NCBI GenBank assembly: GCA_017429165.1 | Contig: JAFRPL010000014.1 | Coordinates: forward strand, 130,113 to 194,112 | DNA from: Clostridia bacterium | GTDB taxonomy: Bacteria > Bacillota > Clostridia > Oscillospirales > CAG-382 | Direction of reading: 5' to 3' | DNA length: 64,000 nt | Shown: positions 35,981 to 45,126 of the stretch, piece by piece | Position numbering within the stretch: the stretch's first letter is position 1 | Layout of the letters: every line of letters begins with the position of its first letter | The notes under the pieces: model-generated | What the model was told of the DNA's origin: nothing | The model's database searches: none | Seen by the model: the letters and a program-made list of their open reading frames with translations, nothing else | Translations under genes and position numbers: made by a program

Positions 35981-36035
35981 AGTAAAATACACAACTTTAA
36001 CGCCAAATTTATTGCGAATATTTCTGTTTTTATAC

Positions 36036-36064
36036 TTGCAATACTTGCGAAGTGCGTGTATAAT
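36036..36064 (+). promoter_or_regulatory. Probable promoter of pckA
   Basis: TTGCAA at 36036-36041, a 17-nt spacer, TATAAT at 36059-36064. Confidence 0.55.
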
Positions 36065-36141
36065 ATTTATACAGCGAAATTTGGGCTGTACCGATTCGAT
36101 AATAAAATTTAAAATACAACAAACGGAAAGAGGTAACTTTC

Positions 36142-37755
36142 ATGGCAAAAATCGATCTTACCAAATACGGTATCACCGGCACCACCAAGATCATCCGCAA
36201 CCCTTCTTACAAACAGCTTTTTAAAGACGAGATGGATCCTTCGCTCGAAGGGTACGACAAAGGCGTGCTCACCGAGCTGGGCGCCGTAAACGTTATGACC
36301 GGCATCTACACCGGCCGTTCGCCCAAAGACAAATATATAGTCATGGACGAAAATTCCAAAGACACCGTCTGGTGGACCACCGAAGGATACAAGAACGACA
36401 ACCATCCCATGAGCAAAGAGACCTGGGGCGTTGTCAAGGATCTTGCCAAAGAACAGCTTTCGGGCAAAAAGCTTTACGTCGTGGACGCTTTCTGCGGCGC
36501 CAACAAAGACACCCGCATGGCGATCCGCTTTATAATGGAAGTCGCCTGGCAGGCGCATTTCGTTACCAATATGTTTATAAAGCCCACCAAAGAAGAGCTT
36601 AAGGATTTCGAGCCCGATTTTGTGGTCTACACCGCTTCCAAAGCCAAATGCGAAAACTATAAAGAACTCGGGCTCAATTCCGAGACCGTGGTTGCGTTCA
36701 ACGTCACCAGCCGCGAGCAGGTCATAATCAACACATGGTACGGCGGCGAGATGAAAAAAGGTATGTTCTCAATGATGAACTACTACCTGCCGCTCAAGGG
36801 TATCGCCGCAATGCACTGCTCCGCCAACACCGATATGAACGGCGAAAACACCGCCATCTTCTTCGGCCTTTCCGGCACCGGCAAGACCACCCTTTCCACC
36901 GATCCCAAGAGATTGCTCATCGGCGACGACGAACACGGCTGGGACGACAACGGCGTGTTCAACTTCGAAGGCGGCTGCTACGCCAAGGTCATAAATCTGG
37001 ATAAAGATTCCGAACCCGATATCTATAACGCCATCAAGCGCGACGCCCTGCTCGAAAACGTCACCGTCGACAAAGACGGCAAGCTCGACTTTGCAGACAA
37101 GAGCGTCACCGAAAACACGCGCGTTTCGTATCCTATTGAACATATAGAAAAGATCGTCAAGAACGTCAACCCCGTTTCCGCCGGCCCTGCCGCCAAAAAC
37201 GTCATCTTCCTTTCCGCCGACGCTTTCGGCGTGCTGCCTCCCGTTTCCATACTCACTCCGGAACAGACCCAGTACTACTTCCTTTCCGGCTTCACCGCAA
37301 AGCTCGCGGGCACCGAACGCGGCATAACCGAACCCACCCCGACTTTTTCGGCTTGCTTCGGCCAGGCGTTTTTGGAACTGCACCCCACCAAGTACGCGGA
37401 AGAGCTTGTTAAGAGGATGAAGATGAGCGGCGCAAAAGCGTATCTCGTCAACACTGGCTGGAACGGCACCGGCAAGCGCATTTCCATCAAAGACACCCGC
37501 GGCATAATCGACGCCATCCTGGGCGGCGACATCAACGGCGCTCCCACCAAGACTATTCCGTATTTCAACTTTGAAGTTCCCACCGAGCTCAAAGGCGTCG
37601 CCACCGAGATCCTCGACCCGCGCGACACCTACTCCGACCCCGCGGTCTGGGACGAAAAAGCCAAAGATCTCGCAGGAAGATTCATCAAGAACTTTGTCAA
37701 ATATGAATCCAACGAGGCGGGCAAAGCTCTTGTTGCGGCCGGCCCCCAGCTTTAA
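36142..37755 (+). CDS. pckA: Phosphoenolpyruvate carboxykinase (ATP)
   Basis: Motifs [14 protein letters not shown], kinase-1a [13 protein letters not shown], and [12 protein letters not shown]. 537 aa. Confidence 0.95.
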   Translation: MAKIDLTKYGITGTTKIIRNPSYKQLFKDEMDPSLEGYDKGVLTELGAVNVMTGIYTGRSPKDKYIVMDENSKDTVWWTTEGYKNDNHPMSKETWGVVKDLAKEQLSGKKLYVVDAFCGANKDTRMAIRFIMEVAWQAHFVTNMFIKPTKEELKDFEPDFVVYTASKAKCENYKELGLNSETVVAFNVTSREQVIINTWYGGEMKKGMFSMMNYYLPLKGIAAMHCSANTDMNGENTAIFFGLSGTGKTTLSTDPKRLLIGDDEHGWDDNGVFNFEGGCYAKVINLDKDSEPDIYNAIKRDALLENVTVDKDGKLDFADKSVTENTRVSYPIEHIEKIVKNVNPVSAGPAAKNVIFLSADAFGVLPPVSILTPEQTQYYFLSGFTAKLAGTERGITEPTPTFSACFGQAFLELHPTKYAEELVKRMKMSGAKAYLVNTGWNGTGKRISIKDTRGIIDAILGGDINGAPTKTIPYFNFEVPTELKGVATEILDPRDTYSDPAVWDEKAKDLAGRFIKNFVKYESNEAGKALVAAGPQL

Positions 37756-37774
37756 AACCCAAGAGCGCATTAAA

Positions 37775-37868
37775 GCGGTGATTTACGCACCGTGATTCAA
37801 TACTGTTTAATGCCCGGAGGCTTATTTGCCTCCGGGTTTCGTTTTTGCATATATATCAGTTCCGCCTT
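37775..37868 (+). repeat. Copy 1 of a 94-nt direct repeat containing the pckA terminator
   Basis: Identical to 37983-38076 except at 2 positions. Contains the hairpins cggtg-atttacg-caccg and cccggaggc-ttattt-gcctccggg. Confidence 0.9.
37813..37846 (+). terminator. Rho-independent terminator (copy 1)
   Basis: Stem cccggaggc / gcctccggg, then tttcgttttt. Confidence 0.8.
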
Positions 37869-37982
37869 CCCCGAAAATGGTGCTTCGATGAAAAACTCGA
37901 CTGCCGTACAATCGTACGGCGACGCTCGCTTTTCATCGAAAATCTCTCGCTTTACCGCGCTCTTGTCAGCCGCCGTCATAAG

Positions 37983-38076
37983 GCGGTGATTTGCGCACCG
38001 TGATTCAATACTGTTTAATGCCCGGAGGCTTATTTGCCTCCGGGTTTCGTTTTTACATATATATCAGTTCCGCCTT
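37983..38076 (+). repeat. Copy 2 of the 94-nt direct repeat
   Basis: See copy 1. The offset between the copies is 208 nt. Confidence 0.9.
38021..38054 (+). terminator. Rho-independent terminator (copy 2)
   Basis: Same hairpin and T-tail as copy 1. Confidence 0.75.
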
Positions 38077-38085
38077 TTTCGCATA

Positions 38086-38114
38086 TTGATATTTTATTGA
38101 TTTGATGATATAAT
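38086..38114 (+). promoter_or_regulatory. SigA-type promoter upstream of the ECF sigma gene
   Basis: TTGATA at 38086-38091, a 17-nt spacer, TATAAT at 38109-38114. Confidence 0.6.
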
Positions 38115-38188
38115 TTTTATGAAAAGTGAAACCTTCTCCTTATTTTTTCGTCTTAATAAGTGAAAGCGGCTTTCGAAAGGAACATTTC

Positions 38189-38752
38189 ATGAGCATTCCG
38201 GAATATCTGCCAGACAATGAAATAGTCAAGCTGTTTTACGCGCGCGACGAACGCGCCCTGAGCGAGACCGCCCGCAAATACGGCGCGCTCTTCCGCTCGG
38301 TCGCCAACAATCTGCTGCAAAGCGTTCCCGACGCAGAAGAATGCGAAAACGACGCGTATCTGCGGCTGTGGAACGCCATACCGCCCGCCGAGCCAAAAGA
38401 CCTTGGGGCATACGGCGTGAAGATAGCGCGCAATCTTGCGCTGGACGCGGTAAAAAAGCGCACTGCGCAGAAACGCGGCGGATGCGCGGCGATAGAAGAG
38501 CTCTGCGCGGATTTCGACGACGTCCCCGACACTGCCGCCGACGGGCGCGAGCTCGGGGAACTGCTGGATGAATTCCTGCGCACACAGGAAAAATGCGACC
38601 GCGTGATGTTTGTGCTGCGCTACTTTTACGGCGAGCCGCTCAAAAAGACAGCCGAAAGATGCGGGATCAGCGAAAGCGGAGTCAAGACGCGCCTGTTCCG
38701 CACCCGCCAAAAACTCAAATCCTTTTTAAAGAAGAAGGGAGTAACTGTATGA
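38189..38752 (+). CDS. ECF-type sigma-70 family factor
   Basis: Region 2-like DAEECENDAYLRLWNAIPP...GVKIARNLALDA. Region 4-like CDRVMFVLRYFYGEPLKKTAERCGISESGVKTRLFRTRQKLKSFL. Start at the ATG at 38189. Confidence 0.85.
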   Translation: MSIPEYLPDNEIVKLFYARDERALSETARKYGALFRSVANNLLQSVPDAEECENDAYLRLWNAIPPAEPKDLGAYGVKIARNLALDAVKKRTAQKRGGCAAIEELCADFDDVPDTAADGRELGELLDEFLRTQEKCDRVMFVLRYFYGEPLKKTAERCGISESGVKTRLFRTRQKLKSFLKKKGVTV

Positions 38753-41700
38753 AAAACGAAAAATTCATGCGTTCGGTAGGCGAAATAGGCGACGACCTGC
38801 TGCAGGAAGCCGCCGGATACAAAGCCGAAAGCAAGGCAAAAGCCAATGTCCCGGCGCCGCGCGGCAAACTGTTCCGCCGGGCGGGACTCATCGCCGCCGT
38901 GCTCGCGGTAGTGATAGCCGCCGCGTTCGTGATACCCGCGCTGTTCAGGCAGCCGGATCATGTAAAGATCGAGATCCCGCCCGATAACGGAATCATCTTA
39001 AAAGGCGGCGCCTACAGCACCGACGCGAACGCAAACCTGCCTGAATCGCTCAGAGAAATAGAAGTGCTCGCCAACGGCTCGGGCGAAAAGCTTATGGCGA
39101 CCGATTCCACGCTGGTCGTAAAGACCGCCGCGGAATGCGACACCGAAACGTTTGTCAAATACGTTTCGGTCACCCCCGAACTCCCCATGGCGGTGACCAA
39201 AGTCAGCGCCACCGAATTCCATTTGAAACCGGCGCAGACCGCGTTCGCGCCCAACACGCTTTACCGCGTGACGGTGGGCGATCCGCAAAACCCCGCCGCA
39301 AGCTTTGCGTTCCAGACGGTGAGCGAGCTTGCGATAAAAAACATACTCCCCGGCGCGGGCAGCACCGAAGTTCCCGTGAACACGGGAATAGAAGTCACCT
39401 TCACAGATTCGGTGAAGAACGCGGATTTTTCGGATTATATCACTTTGACGCCCGCGGTCAGCGGCAAATTCATGCTCTACCCCAACGGCAAGACCGTGGC
39501 GTTCATACCCAAAGAGCCGCTGGAATACGATTCGGTCTATACCGTCACCGTTAAAGAAGGGCTCGAATCGATCTCCGGCAAGCCGCTGAATGCCGGCCGC
39601 ACCGCGGTGTTCCGCACGGAGGGTCCGGACGAAGACACGCAGTTCGTAAGCTGGATAACCGCCTCGGCGAACGGTTCGCGCAAGGCGATGTTTACTCCCG
39701 GCGATCCGTATTCGCTCGGAAGCTTCGTGGAATACACCGCGGAAATCTATTACAACGACGTGAGCCGCACGTTTGCCGAGCTTCCCGCCGGTCAGGTCGC
39801 TCTCACCGCGACTTTCTACCGCGCCGTTTCGTGGGATTCCGTAGCGGAAGCCGTTACTCAGCTGCTCAGCAGCGATTTTGCCGCCGATTACGACGAAAAC
39901 GCGCTGCTCGACAAATATTTTGAAAAGGTCGACGAAATAGAGTTCGAGCCCAAAGACGGAGTGTTCAGATACAATTGTTCGTACACGCCCGAAAAAGAAG
40001 GCTTTTACTACACCGTTATTACCGCCCGGAAAAACGGCACAGTCCGCACTTTCCGCGACGTGTTCCAGATCTCCAATCTGCGCCTCGGCGGCACGGCGAT
40101 CGACGGCAAAGCGGTCGTAGTCGTTTCGTACGATAACGGGGCGCGCGTCGCAGGCGCGACCGTAAAAGGCCTGCGCTTCAGCGAAAATGCGTTCTACGAA
40201 AGCGTAAACCGCCCCGAAATGACCGCGTTCGAAATAACGTGCGGCTCCGACGGCACCGCGGTGCTGGAATACGGCGCGGGCAACGCGCTGGCGTTCATCT
40301 ACACCGACGGCGAACGCTCGGCGCTGGCGCTGAAAAGCGTGCCGGGATTCGACGATAACGATTACTATATCAACACGCTTTACACCGACCGCAGCGTGTA
40401 TTTCACCAACGACGCCATCAACGTATGGGGCACGCTTAAAGGCCTTTACGGCGCGGAAGTGCCCGAAGAACTGTATGTCTTCACCGGTTTTTCTTCGGTG
40501 GGGACGCCCGTGACCGTGAGCGAAGACGGTTTCTTCAGCGCGAGCCTGAAAATAGAAAACGTTATGCGCACCTACACCTATGTGCGCGTAGAAGACGCGA
40601 ACGGGATCGTACTCGCCAACACGATGATCAGCGTGACCGAGGAAGAAAAGCCCGTGATCAAAGCGGAAATGAGCTTTGAAAAGCCATATTATTTTTACGG
40701 CGATACGGCGGTCGCCACGATAAGAGTCACGTTCTACGACGGCACGCCCGCCGAAGGTTACGAGGTGAGCGCGCGCTGTTACGAATTCGACGGCGACTAC
40801 GGCAAAGTGACCGACGAAAACGGCTGCGCCACGTTCCGTATAAAGACGGGCAGCGTGAATGCGAACTCGACGAACCCGTGGACTGTCAGCGCTTACGCGT
40901 ATATCAGCGGCGAAGGAGTCGATACGCTGCGCTGCGCGGCGTCGTTCGTGTATTTCCATTCCGATTACGTGCTGGCTTATGAAGGCCGAGTCATAAAGCT
41001 CAACGAGCTCGACCGTTCCAAATGCCCCGAATACGCCGCGGGCAAACCGGTCACCACCAAACCGGGAAACGTCGGAGCGGGATCGCTTGAATACGCCCTT
41101 ATTCAGGTCAAATACAACGTATACACCTATACGGAATACGATATGTATCTCAAACGCAGCGTGGAGCGCACACGCTCCGAACGCATCGAGACCTGCGAAG
41201 AACAGGGCAAACTGTATTTTGAAGACGGCAGGATAGAACTTAAAAAGGTCGATTACGACCCGGAAAAGTACTACTACTATTACAGACTGTACTTCACCGA
41301 CGCGCACGGGCGCTACGAATTCACAGTCCCGGCCCGCGATTACGATGATTCTTATTACACCCGCTATTACACCTATTACGACCGCGCGTATACCGTAGTG
41401 CTGGATAAAGACGCGTACCTTCCGGGCGACACCGTGAACGCCAGGTTCATATACGGTGAAACGAACAACTGCCCCGAACCCGTGCTCGTATTCACCGGCA
41501 CAAGCTATATCAGCCACACGAGCGGCAGCGAAGGCGCGGAACTGTTCACCGAAGAACGGCTTCCCGAAATGCGCGTGACGGCGCTGTTTTTCGACGAAAT
41601 CAGAAAGAGCTGGCGCGCGGCAGGATCGACCGCTTCGTATGATTACGGCAGCGCTGTCGACGGCGAGATAAGCGTCAAGACCGACAAAGACGTCTATAAA

Positions 41701-44016
41701 CCCGGCGACACCGTCACGGTCACCGTGACCGCTCCGCAGCTTGCGGGCGGGAAAGCGCTTATAAGCATTGTGGACGAAGCGTGCTTCGCCTTGGGCGAAA
41801 ACGCGTACAGTCTGCTTAATTACCTCAAATCGAGCGGCTATTTCGCGTCACAGTCTTATATGATCCGTTCTTACAATGCTTACAATGAATATAGGTACCG
41901 CGGTTATATTCAGGGTTATCACACCGGCGGAAGGCTCACTTCGTTTTCCGATATCCCGCTTTCGCGCCTGATCGGCTCGAAACTCGGGGGCAATTCCGAT
42001 TATATATATATCGACGGCAAAATGTATAGGTATGAGTACATGGAAGCAGAAGCGGAAGCGCCCGGAGACGCCGTCAACACGGAAGGCGAAAAATCGTACT
42101 ATGTGCGCGAAAACTTCGCCGACAACCCCGTTTTTGCACAGCTCGAATTCGACGAAAACGGCACGGCGACGCTGGTATTCAAGGTACCGGACAACCTCAC
42201 GACCTGGCGCGTGACCGCGCTGGGCATAAAGAATGCGGAAAAATTCAGCGACATCCGCATTGCGCAGAGCACGGGCGATCCCGTGTGCACGCTGCCGTTC
42301 TTCGTAAAGACCGATATGTGTTCCACCTACGTCAAAGGCGACGACATTGCGCTTTCGGTCCGCTGCTTCGGTACAAAAGCGCAGGGACATGCAAATTATA
42401 CGGCGGTGATATGCGACGCTGAAGGCAGCGAGATAGCGCGCAAAGAGGTTTCCGGCGACACCAAGGCGTTCACCGGAGTCAATTTCGGCAAGCTGGACGC
42501 AGGCGATTACAGTCTCACCGTTTACGCCGACTGCGGCGAATACACCGACGCTTTGAAGAGCACGTTCAGAGTGGTGACTTCCACGCTCGCGGTAGACGCT
42601 GTGGCGACGGTCACCTTGGACGAACTCAAATCCCTTAAAACGCTCGCATACCCCGTGAACGTGGTCGTAAGCGCCGGCGGAAGCGATTCGTTCTATTCCG
42701 GGGTGCTCGGCAGTCTCTATTACTCATACGGCGAACGCGCCGACGCGCTGGCGGCGAAATATGCCGCGGCGGTCATAATGAAAAACGTCTACGGCGGCGA
42801 TTTCGGCATTTCGGATATCGAAAGCAAGTTCGAATCGTTCTGCGGGACGGCCGGCGTCAAGCTTTTGCCTTACGGCGAAGCGGACGTCGAATTGACCGCT
42901 CTCATTGCGGACGTCGCTCCGGAGCTTTTGGCAGGAAAACTCACTGCTGCCGATCTGTTTGCAAACAAGCTTAACCGTAACGTGTTCCAAAGCGACGTGG
43001 AGCTTTGCGCTTCGATATACGGACTCGCCGCGTGCGGCGAACCCGTGCTCGACGTGCTGTACACGGTATCGTCGCAGGCCGGCGACTACAGCGACGAAGC
43101 CAAGTTTTACCTTGCGTGCGGATTTGCCGCAGCGGGCGATTATACCGCCGCGGAAAGCATCTATTCGCAAATAGTCGGCAAACTTGCGGTCGGCGTTGAA
43201 AACGCGATGTACCTCAAAGGCGCCGACGAAGACGCAAAGATCAAGCTCACTTCCCTTGCGCTGGTCGTCGCTTCGCGCATCAGGCGTTCCGACGCGATCA
43301 GATTCGCGCGCTACGCGGTAAGTATCCCGAACACGCACGGCGAAGCCGCGCATCTGGGACTTGCGGCGTTTGCAAAGTATTATCTGCCCGCCGAAAAGCA
43401 GGAACTGCAGAATATAAGCTACACTCTCGCCGACGGCGTTAAGCACGAGTCCGCAATAGGGTTCGGCAAGCAGCTTTGCCTTACGCTTTACAAATCGGAT
43501 CTCGAATCGCTCGTCCTTGAAGGGTGCGAAAACGCCGCGATAACCGTGCGTTACAGCGCGAGCGCCGCCGAGGCCGCGCGCGATTACGGCAAAGGCAGAG
43601 TGAAAGTGCAGAAGACCGTAAGCGGCGACGTGGTGACGATAACCGTTTCGGGTACTTCCAACAGGTACTGGGAATACTTCTCGTTCGACGACGTCATCCC
43701 TTCGGGCGCCCGCCTGCTCTACACTTTCAACCACGGCGACTACGCCAGAGGCAGCAACGCGACCGCGTATATCTACAACCGCGCCGGTCAGCGGATGGAA
43801 GGCCACATTTCGGTATCGGCCCCCGAAAGCTACTTTAAAAACTACCGCAAAGACAACACGGAATTCTGCAAGCAATATTCGTTCTCAGTCACCGTGAGTT
43901 ACCGCATACGCAAGGCGGTCAGCGGCGAGTTCAAGGTGGAACCCGCGGTGGTCGGTTCCGAATACAGCGAAGTATTTGAATTTTCAACAGGCAGTACGAC
44001 CGTTGTTTACGATTGA
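38749..44016 (+). CDS. Giant (1755 aa) single-pass membrane protein with an alpha-2-macroglobulin-like ectodomain; it occupies the anti-sigma position
   Basis: ATGA overlap with the sigma gene. TM is AGLIAAVLAVVIAAAFVIPALF. A bacterial Ig-like domain is present (ILPGAGSTEVPVNTGIEVTF...YTVTVKEGL). The A2M hallmark VPDNLTTWRVTALG is followed by LPFFVKTDM..GDDIALSV. The C-terminal FDDVIPSGARLL completes the pattern. Confidence 0.8.
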   Translation: MKNEKFMRSVGEIGDDLLQEAAGYKAESKAKANVPAPRGKLFRRAGLIAAVLAVVIAAAFVIPALFRQPDHVKIEIPPDNGIILKGGAYSTDANANLPESLREIEVLANGSGEKLMATDSTLVVKTAAECDTETFVKYVSVTPELPMAVTKVSATEFHLKPAQTAFAPNTLYRVTVGDPQNPAASFAFQTVSELAIKNILPGAGSTEVPVNTGIEVTFTDSVKNADFSDYITLTPAVSGKFMLYPNGKTVAFIPKEPLEYDSVYTVTVKEGLESISGKPLNAGRTAVFRTEGPDEDTQFVSWITASANGSRKAMFTPGDPYSLGSFVEYTAEIYYNDVSRTFAELPAGQVALTATFYRAVSWDSVAEAVTQLLSSDFAADYDENALLDKYFEKVDEIEFEPKDGVFRYNCSYTPEKEGFYYTVITARKNGTVRTFRDVFQISNLRLGGTAIDGKAVVVVSYDNGARVAGATVKGLRFSENAFYESVNRPEMTAFEITCGSDGTAVLEYGAGNALAFIYTDGERSALALKSVPGFDDNDYYINTLYTDRSVYFTNDAINVWGTLKGLYGAEVPEELYVFTGFSSVGTPVTVSEDGFFSASLKIENVMRTYTYVRVEDANGIVLANTMISVTEEEKPVIKAEMSFEKPYYFYGDTAVATIRVTFYDGTPAEGYEVSARCYEFDGDYGKVTDENGCATFRIKTGSVNANSTNPWTVSAYAYISGEGVDTLRCAASFVYFHSDYVLAYEGRVIKLNELDRSKCPEYAAGKPVTTKPGNVGAGSLEYALIQVKYNVYTYTEYDMYLKRSVERTRSERIETCEEQGKLYFEDGRIELKKVDYDPEKYYYYYRLYFTDAHGRYEFTVPARDYDDSYYTRYYTYYDRAYTVVLDKDAYLPGDTVNARFIYGETNNCPEPVLVFTGTSYISHTSGSEGAELFTEERLPEMRVTALFFDEIRKSWRAAGSTASYDYGSAVDGEISVKTDKDVYKPGDTVTVTVTAPQLAGGKALISIVDEACFALGENAYSLLNYLKSSGYFASQSYMIRSYNAYNEYRYRGYIQGYHTGGRLTSFSDIPLSRLIGSKLGGNSDYIYIDGKMYRYEYMEAEAEAPGDAVNTEGEKSYYVRENFADNPVFAQLEFDENGTATLVFKVPDNLTTWRVTALGIKNAEKFSDIRIAQSTGDPVCTLPFFVKTDMCSTYVKGDDIALSVRCFGTKAQGHANYTAVICDAEGSEIARKEVSGDTKAFTGVNFGKLDAGDYSLTVYADCGEYTDALKSTFRVVTSTLAVDAVATVTLDELKSLKTLAYPVNVVVSAGGSDSFYSGVLGSLYYSYGERADALAAKYAAAVIMKNVYGGDFGISDIESKFESFCGTAGVKLLPYGEADVELTALIADVAPELLAGKLTAADLFANKLNRNVFQSDVELCASIYGLAACGEPVLDVLYTVSSQAGDYSDEAKFYLACGFAAAGDYTAAESIYSQIVGKLAVGVENAMYLKGADEDAKIKLTSLALVVASRIRRSDAIRFARYAVSIPNTHGEAAHLGLAAFAKYYLPAEKQELQNISYTLADGVKHESAIGFGKQLCLTLYKSDLESLVLEGCENAAITVRYSASAAEAARDYGKGRVKVQKTVSGDVVTITVSGTSNRYWEYFSFDDVIPSGARLLYTFNHGDYARGSNATAYIYNRAGQRMEGHISVSAPESYFKNYRKDNTEFCKQYSFSVTVSYRIRKAVSGEFKVEPAVVGSEYSEVFEFSTGSTTVVYD

Positions 44017-44031
44017 TATTCAGGCAAAACG

Positions 44032-44078
44032 AAACTGCGTCCGGGAGCGTTATACTCCCGGACGCAGTTTGTTTCTTT
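44032..44078. terminator. Bidirectional terminator
   Basis: 16-bp stem aaactgcgtccgggag / ctcccggacgcagttt, followed by a T-rich tail. Confidence 0.85.
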
Positions 44079-44083
44079 ATGAT

Positions 44084-44914
44084 TCAGAACGATTCCATAT
44101 CGCTTACGGCTTTTATTTTTTTCATCACCGTGCAGACGATTTTTTCAATAAGCGAACCGGCGGTGAAATCGGCGGGGACGCAATAGTTAACTCTTCCGGA
44201 TGAAAGCAGGTATTTGGCGGTGTTGTCGCCTTTCTTTTCGTTATACACCGCAATGGATTGTCCGCCGTACGCCTTTACCAGCCGCATGCACGGGACGTCG
44301 GTTATGCCGTCGCCGACGTAGATCATATTGCCGAACGGCACGCGGCGGGCGTTTTCGGGCGTGTATTTGTTGAGAAGAGCGGCGCTTTTGCTGTCGATAT
44401 CGAGCACGCCCTTGTTTATGCGGAACAAAAACTGAGTTTTGGCGGTGTAGTTGACCGCCACCTTTGGCCAGCGGATGGATCCGTTTTCGTCGTACATGAA
44501 TTCGCACGCGTAAATGCGCTTGAAATTGCCCGCGCGGGCGATGGAGGTGCCTTCGATTATCTCTTTTATTCCGGAAGAGACTATGTAATGCTCGACGTTC
44601 ACGCCCGTTTCCGCCGCCGCGGCGTTGATGCGCCCGAACCAGGATTCGACTCCTTCGAAATATTCTATTCCTCGCCCGAGTTCAAAGAATTTGTCGCGCG
44701 TTATGCGTATGTTCTTTTCGCCGCATTTCTGCACCATAAGGAACATATACGCAAGTATGCTGTCCATGTGCTGAGTGTCGGTCAGACGATCCACCTCGCC
44801 CCAGAACTCGTCGGGCGAAAGGCCCAGTTCGGGTATGAAACCGTAATCCTGCATATCGCGCGTGGAAAGCGTTTTGTCAAAATCGTACATCAAGGCAATG
44901 ACGGGTCCGCTCAT
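44084..44914 (-). CDS. HAD-superfamily hydrolase
   Basis: Motif I is YDFDKTLS (DxDxT). Motif IV is YVGDGITDVP. Start at MSGPVIAL. Confidence 0.75.
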   Translation of the reverse strand: MSGPVIALMYDFDKTLSTRDMQDYGFIPELGLSPDEFWGEVDRLTDTQHMDSILAYMFLMVQKCGEKNIRITRDKFFELGRGIEYFEGVESWFGRINAAAAETGVNVEHYIVSSGIKEIIEGTSIARAGNFKRIYACEFMYDENGSIRWPKVAVNYTAKTQFLFRINKGVLDIDSKSAALLNKYTPENARRVPFGNMIYVGDGITDVPCMRLVKAYGGQSIAVYNEKKGDNTAKYLLSSGRVNYCVPADFTAGSLIEKIVCTVMKKIKAVSDMESF

Positions 44915-45014
44915 AACGTTATACCTTTCTTTTTTAAAAAACCAGTTGTGAAACGCGTTTATTCTATTATACCAGAAACCGCGCAAATGTCAATAACGCG
45001 TGCGACGATAGATA

Positions 45015-45043
45015 TTGACAACCGCCGCGTTATCTGTTATAAT
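45015..45043 (+). promoter_or_regulatory. Consensus SigA promoter of the partner-switching operon
   Basis: TTGACA at 45015-45020, a 17-nt spacer, TATAAT at 45038-45043. Confidence 0.7.
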
Positions 45044-45126
45044 TTTCAGGTGATATAATGTGTTTTTGTGCGGTCCGAGCGCGCATCGAATAACGCCCGG
45101 GCGCGTTTTTTGAAAGGAGAACCCGA

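Noticed and set aside
37792-37989. 65-aa and 60-aa ORFs on both strands between the duplicated pckA terminators.
   Set aside because: They run through terminator hairpins and palindromes and have no RBS. The region is better explained as structured non-coding DNA/RNA.
43027-43044. ACGEP as a candidate A2M thioester (CGEQ) site.
   Set aside because: It lies deep inside the helical region rather than at its start, and it has Pro instead of the essential Gln. This is most likely a chance occurrence.
45060-45126. A leader hairpin followed by T6 (gcgcgc...gcgcgtttttt) as a possible attenuator in front of the partner-switching operon.
   Set aside because: The stem is short (about 5 bp) with a large loop, and the T-run abuts the RBS. 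This is too weak to call without folding energetics or 3'-end data.
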